Positions 1 through 11,904 of a stretch of 64,000 nt of DNA are shown piece after piece. Made by a program: the position numbers and the translations under genes. This DNA is from Lytechinus pictus. Its lineage: Eukaryota. The DNA is taken from positions 10,170,001-10,234,000 of the forward strand of contig NC_087252.1 of NCBI RefSeq assembly GCF_037042905.1. Direction: 5' to 3'. The notes beneath the pieces were generated by a model that saw only the letters and a list, made by a program, of their open reading frames with translations, did no database searches and was not told where the DNA came from. Every line of letters begins with the position of its first letter. Positions within the stretch are counted from its first letter, which is position 1.

Positions 1-39
1 TGCTTCTCTTCTTGGGATTTGGTTTCATTGAAACTAGTA

Positions 40-591
40 TAATGCTGAAAGTGTCATCAAAATCGGATGTAAACTAAAGAAAGTTATGGCATTTTAATGT
101 TTCGCTTACTTTCACAAACAGTGATATGCCCAACTCAGTGACATGCAAATGAGTCAGTCGATGATGTCCATCACTCACGATTTTTTTTCTAATATACATG
201 TATATTGTTTGAATTATATAATGTTTCATTTTTTACAGATTTGACATTCAGGACCAACTTGACTGAACCATATAGTATTTAACAATGCTAATTCCCAATG
301 TTCAGGGTGGAATTGATAGTTGTTTCTCCTGACAATGAGGAGAAAATTAGAATATTTCATATAATAAAATACGAAAGAAATAGTGACAGGAATGACGTCA
401 TCAGTCTCCTCTCTTGCATACAACCAGGATGTGCATATAACTGTTTTGTGAAATTAAGCGCGAAACTTTAAAATGTCATAACTTTCCTATTTTACATTCT
501 GAGTTTGATGAAATTTTCAGTATTATGCTTGTTTAATTTTTTGCTCTTTTTATTCAAATTAACTTTTTGTTGGGTAGGATTTGTCCTTTAA
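40..591. mobile_element. Non-autonomous Kolobok-type MITE, left end missing
   Basis: Ends ...GGATTTGTCCT followed by TTAA (588-591). Long internal inverted arms (CATCAAAATCGGATGTAAA / TTTTACATTCTGAGTTTGATGAAATTTTCAG). Inverted homolog of 21028-21608. Confidence 0.7.
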
Positions 592-1249
592 GGAAAAACA
601 TAGGTACGTTTTCATTCAGCTATCGTTTCATCTTTCATCTACCTCTTCTCTCTTCTCAGAGTTTTCTCTTCTTTATTCCTCCCTCTACCCACCTTTTGTT
701 GTAAAGGATATGACAAAATTGAAGATTTTGTTCAAGTTTACCAAATCTTTTCAGAATATCATTACGACTTCAAACATTCCATGTTATCATTCTTGAATAT
801 TGTCTAAATTGCAGTCATATCTGTCAGAATTATTCCTGTCATCAAATCACCGTTATCTTTATCATAACCACTATCGTATAACTCCCTTTATTATTAATAT
901 TTTCATTATCATCATCAGTCATGATTACAACACATTATAAATAAATAATGTTATTTTCATCACTGCTGTTTCCTTTCTTACATATGTGATGATGATTCTT
1001 GATAATGGTGATAATCATAATTTATGGCTCTAACTACTGCTTCTGCTGCTACTGCTGACTAGTAGTATTGACCATAATTGTCATGAAATATGTAGAACAA
1101 TAGAAACATTTGCAATTACTTATATAAAAACAAATGAAAGTACAAAATGCCTCGAAAATGCCTAAAAATTTCAAGGCTAAAAAAAATCGAGGCCAAGGCT
1201 TGAAAAAGTAGGCCTTAAAGCCAAGGTCGAGCATCAAGGCACTACAAAC

Positions 1250-1445
1250 TGTAAAAAAATGGTTCGGTGTAAAAATAGCAGAGATAAAAATGGCAGAGGT
1301 AGTAATATCAGACGAAAAAATGACAGAAGTAAAAAAGTCAGAGGTCAAAATCATGAAAATGGCAGTGGTAAAAATGGCAGAGGCAAAATGTCAGAGGTAT
1401 TAATGGCAGACGAAAACAATGGTAGAGGTAAAGATAGCAGCAGTC
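1250..1445 (+). repeat. Degenerate short-unit tandem repeat (GTAAAAATGGCAGAG-like), probably a fold-back transposon arm
   Basis: Repeated AAAATGGCAG/AAAATGTCAG units. A reverse-complement array is present at about 9255-9400. Confidence 0.55.
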
Positions 1446-2244
1446 TTAAACCTCCATGAAATAAAAATTATTAGAGCAGTCCACGCATATATAGATTTTA
1501 AGAAAGGTTGTTAGAAGAGAATTCAAATCATAATGTTAAACTAATGGAAAGAGTCATATTTAAAAAAAAATCATTAATATATCGTCTGCACCAAATTAAT
1601 AACCCTTGGGTTGGTATGTCTTTTTTTCCTGGACTACAGTAATGGCCTCCTTATGTTAAATCGCTCCACTTCATGTAATATATGTAAGAACACTGCATAT
1701 TGAAGAACAGTTCCCATCCAACATACTTAATTCATTAAACGAAAGTTCACCCTTACACAAAGTTTATTGTAAAAATGTAGCAGAAAAGTGCATTGTTGAA
1801 CGGTTGAGCAAAATCCATAGTTTTTTTTTACTTTCTCTGCTAGCTTGCTAAAAGAGTGTTTTCTTGGAATTCACAAGTTACATCCTTTTTGGTCACAGAC
1901 GATCACACACATTGGATCATGATCATAAGAACACCGTTGCATATGGAAAAGCGTTTGAGCTGTGACGTCATATACGAGCATTAACGCTTGAACCACCCCA
2001 ACAAATATCAACATGACGCACATGATAAAAAAACACACACAAATACAGCACTTAATGGCAAATTCTAATACAAGCTGAATCTGCTTATTTCTTTCACGAA
2101 CTGTAGGAATTGATAATGCGATATTACACCGAAAATTCAATGTTAACATTTCGTCCCGATATTCGCACATGTAAGTACAGTTTGGGATCATATGGTTTCA
2201 AAAGAGATCACAAAATCAAGTGAAGTCATAAACCAACTCGTTAC

Positions 2245-2398
2245 TCGATTCCCATCATGCCTACAGGACCTCATAATTGGAGACGAGGCGTGCTTCTTCG
2301 TGGTGGTTGGACCATTCTTCTTTGCACAGACAGTATTATGGAGAGCGCTATCTCCATGATAGGTGATCATGGTGATGATGTGGAATCGGATGGCACGC
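2245..2398 (+). pseudogene. Decayed Tc1/mariner transposase, 5' part (split by the Kolobok element)
   Basis: Translates with frameshifts to IGDEACF...GPFFF..TV..ERYL, matching the first catalytic Asp region of Tc1/mariner transposases. Confidence 0.65.
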
Positions 2399-2402
2399 TT
2401 TA

Positions 2403-2871
2403 GGGCACACACGAGTATTACAGACCCCCATTCACTCACGTGTTAAATCATGGCTTATCAAAAAATCATTAAAAATCAATCCCTCGATAGATTTTGTTTT
2501 AATTCACTGACATTAATCACAATGAACAGTGGAACAAAACTAAATACGTTAATCAGGTACTTGCCCAGCTCAAACAAAAGTTAAATGGCCTGAAATAAGA
2601 CTAACCATAATTTCGGTCAGTTCACGGCAGAAAAACCGGAACTGCATTGCCGATAATAATAATTAATATAAAATACAAAAATGCAATCTAGCCTCTCAAA
2701 ACGCTCTAATTATAAAAGGGTATGGACATAGCATTATCTCTATCGTTTTTCTTTTGATATACAAACATTTGATCTATTTTTAATGAATTATTTTAATCAA
2801 TAAAGTCATGTGATCTTTACTTACGCCTGTCCGACATGCTTTGCGCGCGGATGAATTACTCTCATGTGCCC
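2403..2871 (+). repeat. Left long terminal direct repeat (LTDR) with imperfect 15-bp TIRs
   Basis: GGGCACACACGAGTA...TACTCTCATGTGCCC. Matches 7226-7694; the only mismatch I found is A2714 vs G7537. Confidence 0.95.
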
Positions 2872-3718
2872 TATACTGTGGGTCAATTGAAAGAAAGTTA
2901 TATTTTGGGGTTGGAGAAGAAAGAGTATGTTCTACTGAAAAATATGATACCTTACATTCATTGTTTAACCTTACTTAACGCGGAGAAAAAATAAAAATGT
3001 GTAATGAGTCACTATTGATTAATTGTACAAATACATTGCACTTTTGAAGTGTTAAATTCACAGTGTATGTACACGACCTGATCTACTGTAGCTACTTTTT
3101 CTGCTTGTTTGACCTCTGTTGATGGTTATTAATGTAACAATGATTATTTTAGCATGCTGTAATTATTATGTTGAGAAGTTAGAAAGTATCTATCACCTTA
3201 AAAACAAAGAAAATAAAAGAAAATTGGTATGAAACACAGAAATCAAGCATTTATTGTTCTTATTCTCGTCTTTCTTTCTCTCTTTACATTCAGAAATGTA
3301 TGAAGGGGGGGGGGGGTGTACGAGTTAGATGTTTAGTATGTTATATATGTATTACATAGCTTTATCTTTTCCCTTTTTATGTTATAATAGTAAAAGAAAG
3401 TGGGGAAGGGTATATGATTGCCTAAAGAGGGAGACATTCAGTTTTGACCTGATGGTCCATCAAAAGCGATGTTTATGGTAATAAATCACCCCACTGGGCC
3501 AGGAGGACACTTGCTCCCTGGAATTTGTTCAGCGTCACTGTGACCTCGGTGAGGACAAGGTTAAGGCAGAACTGAAGGGTTGGGGGTTACATATCTCGAG
3601 AGAAACTGACTAGTTTCCTATTTCTTGGAAATAAATATCCTTGGCATTGCAAGTTATTGTTGAGGGTTACTAAGATACTTCGCTTCATTAAATAAAGGCA
3701 CGTTTCTTTTGGAAATTA

Positions 3719-5864
3719 ATGAATGCACACGACATGAAAAAGGGTATATATACAACAACTTTTCTCCTTCAGGACACAAAATATCTCGTTCTGCCAAGTT
3801 TAAGTGATAAACTAGTCATCATGTTATTATCTAAAAAGAATCGTCGGGGCAGCCAGGCCACTCAATACCAGCGGGGGCACGTTCCCTGGAACAAAGGACT
3901 GTCGATTTGCAAAGATGCATCTTCATCTAAAGTGGGTTACTTGAGTCTCAATGCTCAGGATTTTGAGAGAACAGTGAAGAGAGACAGTCTTGGCAACATC
4001 TCCCATGACCCAGAACATATTTCGAAACAAGTGTGTAATAAGATGCTTCTTCGACCAAAACAAAAGGAAAAATTGCCCTTCGATAAAATGAACACTTCTC
4101 CCGACGGAAATGCTCTTGGACATAAAATAATAGACATGGAGAAGTTGGTCGAAACATTTAATGACATAACAAGACAACACTCGAGTGGGAGCCCGACATG
4201 CAAAGAGCCCAATTGGCTTTTGCCCGAGGAATCGGAAACGATAAGAGGACTGGCGATTACAGCAAAGTTCAGATGCAAGTCTTGTAATTTTGACTGCGCA
4301 CCGACAAAACTTTATAGAGAGATCCGAAATAGTAGACCCGGCAGAAAACAAGCAGTGCCCAACTTGGCACTCCAGGTAGGTCTATACCAGACCAGCATCA
4401 GCGGAACTGCTGCCAGGAGAATTTTGACAGCGATGAGCACTCCTGCACCATCGATGAGAAGTTTGCAGGAGAGTGCAAACAAATGTGGGAAGATCGTGCA
4501 AGCAACAAACGACCACAATATGCTTCAAAAAAGAAAAAAGGTCCGTTATGTTCTGGAGAGCCGTGGGCTGAGTAAGGATACTCCGATCAATATAGAAATA
4601 GATAGACAGTATAACAACCCGTTGAGTCATGGAGGGGGCAGAACGCCATTTCAACCAGCTACACAGGCCAGGGATGTTGTGGTTGAGAACGAAACGAATG
4701 ATAAATTCATAATTGCTCATCATACCACAAATAAACTTTGCCGATATGGTCAGAGGCTAGTGAGATCGGGGAAAGAGCCGAAATGTCCTAATCATGATAA
4801 ATGCACTGCCAACATCAAATTTCATGAAAATATTGGAGATAAACGGAAAGGAGGTGAAGAATGTGCTAAGCAACTTTTACAGAAGCCATATAGACTGCTG
4901 GTAAAAGGGGTAACAACCGACAGTGATGGACATTTTGCCGAAGGTGTTCAGAATGTCATGAAATCAGAGGGCATCGCAACAGAATCATTCCTGTGTGTAA
5001 CTCACCTGAAAAGAACTCTTGTTCGGAACCTATCGAAGGTTGAGCTAACTAAAGGTGCCCTACCGGGTAAGTCAAAGAGAATTCGACAAAAACAACAACG
5101 GAACCTTGCCAATGACTTGGCGTATCGACTGGAGGCTGAAATGAAATGTGGGCATGAAAATTACAAATCGTCCAAGGACTTTGCTCACTTTGAAACGAAA
5201 GTTAGATCAAGTGTTGACTCGTTCTTTCCTTGCCTTACTGGTCAAGATGAACTATGTCGAACAAAAAGTTTGGTGTGTAAAGGTAAATTCAATTTTCCGT
5301 ATCTTAGTAAAAACCTGCGACGGAAAGTCAATCTCAATAGCAGTGATCGTCAGAAAATGTTGGATGTGATCCGGAAAAGAATCCATCCTAAAATATTTGA
5401 AAAATCTAGACACATGTATTCAACTCAGAAAGCAGAGAGTATGAATCACTCATTTGGTGTAACTAGTCCAAAAAAACAGCTCAACTTTCACACGAAATCA
5501 TGTAAATCGGAATGCAAGTGCTATTCTACTCACCAATAATGGTCCAGGAGCTGCAATTCTTGACACAGCAGCAGCAGCGGGAGTTCATCTAACTGGTGGG
5601 AGGAGGCTTCGACATCAAGTTAAGGAGTTGCAGACAAGACGGGATTACTGGCGGGAATGTAATAAGTCCAAGAAAAATCTCGCTTCCAAAGCATTTCATC
5701 GACGATTTAAGTATAGGTTATACGAAAGAGAAAAGAAATGGAATGAAGAATTGTCAGAAAACTACCAAAAGAGCCAACTTGAGGATAAATATACAACAAT
5801 TTATGTTGACCATAATTATGACAGATTAGATCTTGATAGTGATTGGAGCGACGAATCTGAATGA
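3719..5864 (+). CDS. Kolobok-type DDE transposase, apparent +1 frameshift in A7 run at 5470-5476
   Basis: 606-aa ORF with zinc-ribbon residues (H..C, CKSC) and candidate catalytic motifs IEIDRQYNN, TTDSD, CVTHL and TQKAESMNH. It continues in another frame as PKNSSTFTRNHVNRNASAILLTNNGPG...DHNYDRLDLDSDWSDESE*, stop at 5864. The real start may be ATG 3821. Confidence 0.85.
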
Positions 5865-6307
5865 ATTGTTTCCGACCCTCACTCAGTGAACATTTGATAT
5901 TTCAGTTGTTTATTTTGATGCCACATCTAGTCTATGCTTTATTTTGTTTACCAAGACCCCTTCTATTATAATTTACAATTTGTGTAGTATACATGTCCTT
6001 TTGACGCATGTATATTTAAATAAAAAGATAGGAAACAGGATAACTTGAAATAGGCCTACGCCCTGGATCTATATTTTGTTAGATTGATCTAGACTAACGT
6101 TAGGCCAGGTCTATACATTTCACTGTTCATATTAGGCTAATTTAAAAGAAGATAGGGTGCAATTGAATTGGCGCTATCGTATTTTATGCCTCACTATAAG
6201 TATATTCAGACATAACTCAGTATGAAATCAATATCTTACCTTATTCGGCGTTAGCCCCAGACCCCAGAAACTGATATGGGCGGGATCTGGGGCTCAAATA
6301 AAATGAG

Positions 6308-6703
6308 TCACGGTATGATGATGATGCATTCCGACTGATGGATCTGGCCAGAACACCGGCGCAACCTATGACATGTTTGTCGGGACTTATTCTCTTCATG
6401 GCTTTCAAGAACCAGGTGACTGAGCCTAACACAATTTGGGGTGCCACAAAGATGGGATGCTTCCAGCTCCGATGTCAGATCCCAAGAACCTAGAATGTTT
6501 GTCATGTAGGCAAGCCTATGCGCTGATCGGACTGTTTTGCCTATCCCCGGAATGACTACATCCATCATACCATGACCCGTTTTATTTCGTCGACCTGTGA
6601 ACAACCAGCAGCCTGTTGGATCGTTGGATTTTGTAGTTTTATTGTCTATCAGATTACTGTAGTGCATGCACCATTCCTCTAGAGAAAACTCATGTCGAGC
6701 CAT
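6308..6703 (-). CDS. His-Me finger (I-PpoI-like His-Cys box) endonuclease, 131 aa
   Basis: Motifs GCWLFTG, AHRLAY, ASHLCGTPNCVRLSHLVLESHEENKSRQTC and a C-terminal C..H..C; the ORF is open throughout. Confidence 0.92.
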   Translation of the reverse strand: MARHEFSLEEWCMHYSNLIDNKTTKSNDPTGCWLFTGRRNKTGHGMMDVVIPGIGKTVRSAHRLAYMTNILGSWDLTSELEASHLCGTPNCVRLSHLVLESHEENKSRQTCHRLRRCSGQIHQSECIIIIP

Positions 6704-7225
6704 CGTTTTGAAGTCAGATCCGAATGAAACACAACAAAGTTAGAACTCAAGCAAAGTTTGGGTCTACCAATCGATTAATAAAAACTTTCAGACGCATAAC
6801 GCCCTGATAATCCTGCGCGCAACGACCTAGTTAGATCAACTGACTGGATATTTGATGAATATTTTAAATAAATTTACTTTTCATCATAGGTTTTTGTGTT
6901 TTGGAAACTATTTGCAATGATTAGTAGTCATTTCTACAGGAAAGGTTGCTCGAAATTACATCTTACATCGCCAGACTTAACGGATCTGAACAGTATAATT
7001 ATGCTATCAGCAGTAGATAACCTGCATCTCTGCCTGGTAACAAACAACAGGCTTAGAAAGTGTCGGCCAAGCGAGAAATCCAATAAATGAATTATAATCG
7101 TTGTCAAATTTGACAAAATACCCCCCAATTACCCTGTGGTATCTCTTTCAAAGCATTCTCAATGATTTATAGCAGACGACGCTCAGGCCATAGCAACGCC
7201 AGTGGAGAGGTGTATTCGCGGTATA

Positions 7226-7694
7226 GGGCACACACGAGTATTACAGACCCCCATTCACTCACGTGTTAAATCATGGCTTATCAAAAAATCATTAAAAATC
7301 AATCCCTCGATAGATTTTGTTTTAATTCACTGACATTAATCACAATGAACAGTGGAACAAAACTAAATACGTTAATCAGGTACTTGCCCAGCTCAAACAA
7401 AAGTTAAATGGCCTGAAATAAGACTAACCATAATTTCGGTCAGTTCACGGCAGAAAAACCGGAACTGCATTGCCGATAATAATAATTAATATAAAATACA
7501 AAAATGCAATCTAGCCTCTCAAAACGCTCTAATTATGAAAGGGTATGGACATAGCATTATCTCTATCGTTTTTCTTTTGATATACAAACATTTGATCTAT
7601 TTTTAATGAATTATTTTAATCAATAAAGTCATGTGATCTTTACTTACGCCTGTCCGACATGCTTTGCGCGCGGATGAATTACTCTCATGTGCCC
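7226..7694 (+). repeat. Right LTDR
   Basis: Direct copy of 2403-2871, preceded by TATA and followed by the TTTA TSD. Confidence 0.95.
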
Positions 7695-7698
7695 TTTA

Positions 7699-8080
7699 GG
7701 TGTCAGGGTAACGGTTATTTTCAGGCAGCTTTGCTGGACACAGGATGATTCCCCTGCCCTCTGATGAAAGGTTATTATGATGACTATACTGAGAGAAATA
7801 TTCGGGAATAGGATCATCGCAGTGCATGATCATGTGAAGTTGGCCACCTTGATCACCAAATCTGACCTCCCTTGACTTTTTTCCTTAGAGGGGACACCTT
7901 ATTCATTCAGGCTTGGCTATTCCAGAGGCAACCAGCAAACCTCTACGACCTGTGAGAGAGGATCAGGACTGAAATGGAAGCCCTTGAGAGAGACAAACCA
8001 ATGCTCCGTCGAGTATTCAGAGTGATGGTCAATCGTGCACAGAAATACATTGAATGGGAGAAGAACATGTTGAAGATTTA
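7699..8080 (+). pseudogene. Decayed Tc1/mariner transposase, 3' part
   Basis: WTQDDSPA (QDGAPAH-like), WPP*SPNLTSLDFF (WPPRSPDLTPLDFFLWG-like) and C-terminal RAQKYIE..GEHVE. Confidence 0.75.
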
Positions 8081-9589
8081 TTAAAATGACCTTCCTAATT
8101 AAAAGCTAGTTGAGCTGAAGTCAGACGACCAATTGGGACAAATATTTACGCATATCATTTTTAAGATGAGCTTTTGTATTTTAAGGAACAAGTAACATTA
8201 TCATTTCAAGGTTATTTCAAAATCTTTGAAACTGCAGGTCAGATAATAAATAACAAATAGTTTGACAAATTTGAATCAGAGTAGGCCTACTGTACGTTTT
8301 GTCTTTACTTTACTCCAAATGAACACCAAAAATATTATGCTTGTTTGCAGGTGCATTGTGTTTGCGAGATATTATGTTTGTAGACATGTGAAAAAAATAA
8401 ATGTGTGTAACTCTGTTTCATGTTCCTATGTGGGTGTGCGTAGGTGCGTGGGTGAGCGTTTGTTAGGGTTTTGTTTTATATGTGTGTCCCGTTGAAGTTA
8501 GTTTGGGACGGTTTTAGAGTTATTGATATCTGCAAACGCCCCTATTATCTTGTTCCAACACAACATATATAGTACTTTGGCGTAAGTCGATTGTTACTCT
8601 CACAAAATGCCTTCTGATAATCCAAGCGTAAAAACAAACCTCACTAATAATGGTACCAAATGATGCAGAGTGGAATGTGTTTTTTTTTCAAAATATAAAT
8701 AAATTTTCTGACTGACAATTTTTCTTTTATTTTACTCACCCGGTATATTGCAATAATAAACTGAACAAGTGAATAATTGTTATAAATGCATCATTAACAT
8801 AAAACGTGTCATATCAAAATCCTTCATAATGTGAAAATAAAGAAAAGTTTTTTTTATTACAGAATGTTTTACCCGTTATCCATAATCATGCATACACTTT
8901 TTAATGACACTCTTCACGATGGAACTTATCTAGTTAGGGCGGGAAAATGTCATGAATGGAACTGGCGCAATAGGAAGTATTCCCGAACTTGTCCATTGCA
9001 CTACCTTCATTGTAGCGTACATCGGTGTTTACATCAAAATCGTTGGGTATGCATGCGGACCGCTACTCATCTTGGGAACTTGTATAAAAAAAAAATCATT
9101 TCATATTTTTCTTAATTGAAGTGTCTGATTTTAATCATATCACCTGATCAAGTATATTCCAATTATACAAACACAATATAATCTGCGCATTTCGCCAAAT
9201 AGTACAAGACATACAGACGGGAAATTATCACTCTTTTCCTTGTTGATTTAGCATGGCATTTTTTGCTTCTGACATCTTTACCCCTGACATCCTTATCTAT
9301 GGAATTTTTCCATCTGCCATTTTTACCTCCGGCATTTTACCACTGCCATTTTAACCCTGCCATTTTTTTTTTCTCCACCATTTTTACCTGGCACCTTTCT
9401 GACTTGGGTGTAGTAAGAAATGTGAATAGTATCACATGCACTACTGATCTAGTCAATTTTAAGAGTGCACGTTCAGTGTTCTTCAAAATCTTGCACTTTG
9501 GATTCCATGCCTACATGGCTGGTTAAGAACATTTGCTTGTTTACTCCCAGTACTTTCACGTATCCTGAATCTGTAAACGTCTATTGGAG

Positions 9590-10590
9590 TTTTTCCAGAG
9601 TCTTAGATTGTCCATTCTAACACAAATTTTCAAGAAGTCTACTCCGAACAAAGATAGTTTAGGTAGTTATAGACCTGTGTCTAACATGCAATTTGTATGC
9701 AAAGTGATTAAAAAGGCTGTTTCCAAACAGGTATATACTGCTACACAGAATAATTTACATGATTCAATGCCGTCTGCATATCGTGAGGCACAGCGCACTG
9801 AAACTGTAGTGATTAGTCTACAGAATGATATGAATTGTGCAATTGTTAATAAGCAAGCTGTTTTCGTATTAATGCTTGACCTCTCATCTGCGTTTGAAAA
9901 AGTAGATCACAAATCCTTTTGAAAATGTTGGCTGATGAGTTCGGCCTATGCAATAACGCTCTTTCCTGGTTCAAATCGTATCTTAGCAACAGGTCTAGTA
10001 GAGTATAAATAAAAGGGTCACTTTCAAGTGATAAACCATTACAATATGGTATACCGCAATGGTCAATTATCGGGCCTCAGTTGTTTAAATACTAAAATCG
10101 GAATATTGGGAAGACTATCAGTCGGCACTCAATTCAGAATCATGTTTATGCCGATGATATTCAGATGTTCACCATTTTTTATCCTACCAAGCTTGGGAAA
10201 TGCAGCCTGTGCGTATTTTTGGATTTTTAAATGATTGTCTGACTTTCAATCGTGGCTCGTTGATAATAAATTGAAATAAAATTCTTGCAAGACAAAGTTC
10301 TTTCTTGCTTCATCTCCTGCACACCTTAATCGGTTCCGTGATATTCCTTTTTTCTTTTAATGACATAGATATTCCAATATCTTCAACCATTAAGGATTTA
10401 GGAGTTTTTTTTGTGACATGAAAATGACTGAACATTTAACATACTTGTGGCGTACTCTCAACTGGCAAATTTACAATCTCAATCGCATCAGAAGTTTCTT
10501 GAATAAGGACACATGTCATAAAATTGTTAGGGCACTTGTGTTTTCCAGGCTTGACTATGGTGGGTGCTTGCTTGGGGATATTAGTATTAA
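9590..10590 (+). mobile_element. Degraded L2-clade LINE reverse transcriptase fragment
   Basis: YRPVSNMQF, SAYR...TET, LDLSSAFEKVDH, YADD (10147), ALVFSRLDY, with many stops and frameshifts. Confidence 0.85.
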
Positions 10591-11264
10591 AGAGAAAGTC
10601 ATACAGCATGATTTTCAGAACCCGTTACTCCTAAATGAAGTTTTTCTCTTAGTTTTCCGTTCATTTTTATTTTTCGTAAGTTTTGCTCATCCAGGGTTTT
10701 CGTCTACACTTACTCTGTTGAAATCTAATGGACCTAATATGAATGCTAATGAAATAAAATATTAAAGTAATTCGATTTTGAATTCCATAAAAGCTTTGCG
10801 TTCGTTTTCTGAAATAACGAATAAAATTCTCCTCTTAAAATTGTTTATTGATAGCAAGATTATATGCCTTGATTTTAAGAAATGTCACATTATAGAAATG
10901 ATTATTGATATAGCACCATTTAGTATATCATATATATATATATATATATATACATGTATATATATATATATATAGCTCGAAATAGCATCATTCAACAACA
11001 TGTCAAACGAAGAAGCTCATAATTATTCACCTGGGTAGCATCATTAATTTATGGATAACAAGAAAAAGCATTAAAGTAATATGTGGCATTCGTCAAATAA
11101 ATTTTATCTCCAATCATATATGACTACACAAGTATAGTATGTCGAAAAATCTTAGTGCCTCCCATGATGAATGAAACAAGTTACAGCCAAAGATTCTTGT
11201 ACAGACCATTTGATTACCTACAATCATTAACTTTAATTCATAAAATAATTTGGTACAAACTTAC

Positions 11265-11319
11265 CTCTAGTAGAGACCACAAGTATCATGACCAAAAAGG
11301 GTTAAAGGTGTCGAAGAAT
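11265..11319 (-). pseudogene. Degenerate paralog of the Ly6 gene signal-peptide exon
   Basis: Homologous to 30221-30275 within a duplicated block (about 10600-11370 vs 29555-30330). ATG is changed to ATT, there is an in-frame TAA, and the GTAAG donor is retained. Confidence 0.65.
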
Positions 11320-11904
11320 CACCAGAATAAAATGGAATATTAGATCGAAAACGGATATTTTGATATTTCCGTTTGAATCAAAATAGAGAGCGAAATAAAC
11401 CAAATTAAATTATTTCTATAGCAAAAAGCGATCAAAACCTTGTGATCTAAACTTTAGAAAGGGCATCCAAGTACGACAATTAAGATGATTATTTGGAAAA
11501 AAAAACTCTTTCTTAGTTTTGAACTAAAACATCAAATTGACTTACAAAATACGCAATTCTACATCTTTTTTTTTCGAACGACATCAGTACGAAGCAAAAT
11601 AACAGTATTAAAATAACAAAAGTCTTTGAAAAGAAAGAAAGAAAGTTGGAAAATTAGAATGTACCAGAATATTGATTACACACACAATAAGCAGTAATAT
11701 CTTATTTAGAAAATGTATAACAATTTAAAGCGTAAATATCTTCATCATTTTTAGTAAATGCAAACCAAATTCCGAGTATATATATTTAGTAAAAAGAAAC
11801 AAGTTATTTTGACACTACACAGTTAGAAAAAAACAGAAGATTTTACAGAAAGAAATAACCAAACTGGAAATATTTTCTACATATTCTATAATTTCACAGA
11901 ACAG

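Larger units (their letters stand above)
2403..7694 (+). mobile_element. KolobokP-type composite DNA transposon (direct repeat - transposase - His-Me endonuclease - direct repeat)
   Basis: 469-bp direct repeats at both ends, termini GGGCACA...TGTGCCC, TTTA TSD at 2399-2402 and 7695-7698, two convergent ORFs inside. Confidence 0.92.

Noticed and set aside
3923..4723. Antisense ORFs overlapping the transposase
   Set aside because: Shadow frames with no recognisable motifs.
3719..6703. Fanzor/TnpB-like RNA-guided nuclease system
   Set aside because: I see no RuvC motifs. The nuclease is a small His-Cys box protein and no guide-like RNA structure is evident.
2403..7694. LTR retrotransposon interpretation of the direct repeats
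   Set aside because: No TG...CA termini, gag, RT or integrase. Each repeat has TIRs, and the interior encodes a DDE transposase and a His-Me nuclease.
8740..9080. Possible downstream exons of the degenerate Ly6 paralog (minus-strand YYCNIP micro-exon and an exon-like block at 8930-9080)
   Set aside because: In-frame stops, a non-canonical donor and no clear LU cysteine pattern. Too weak to call.
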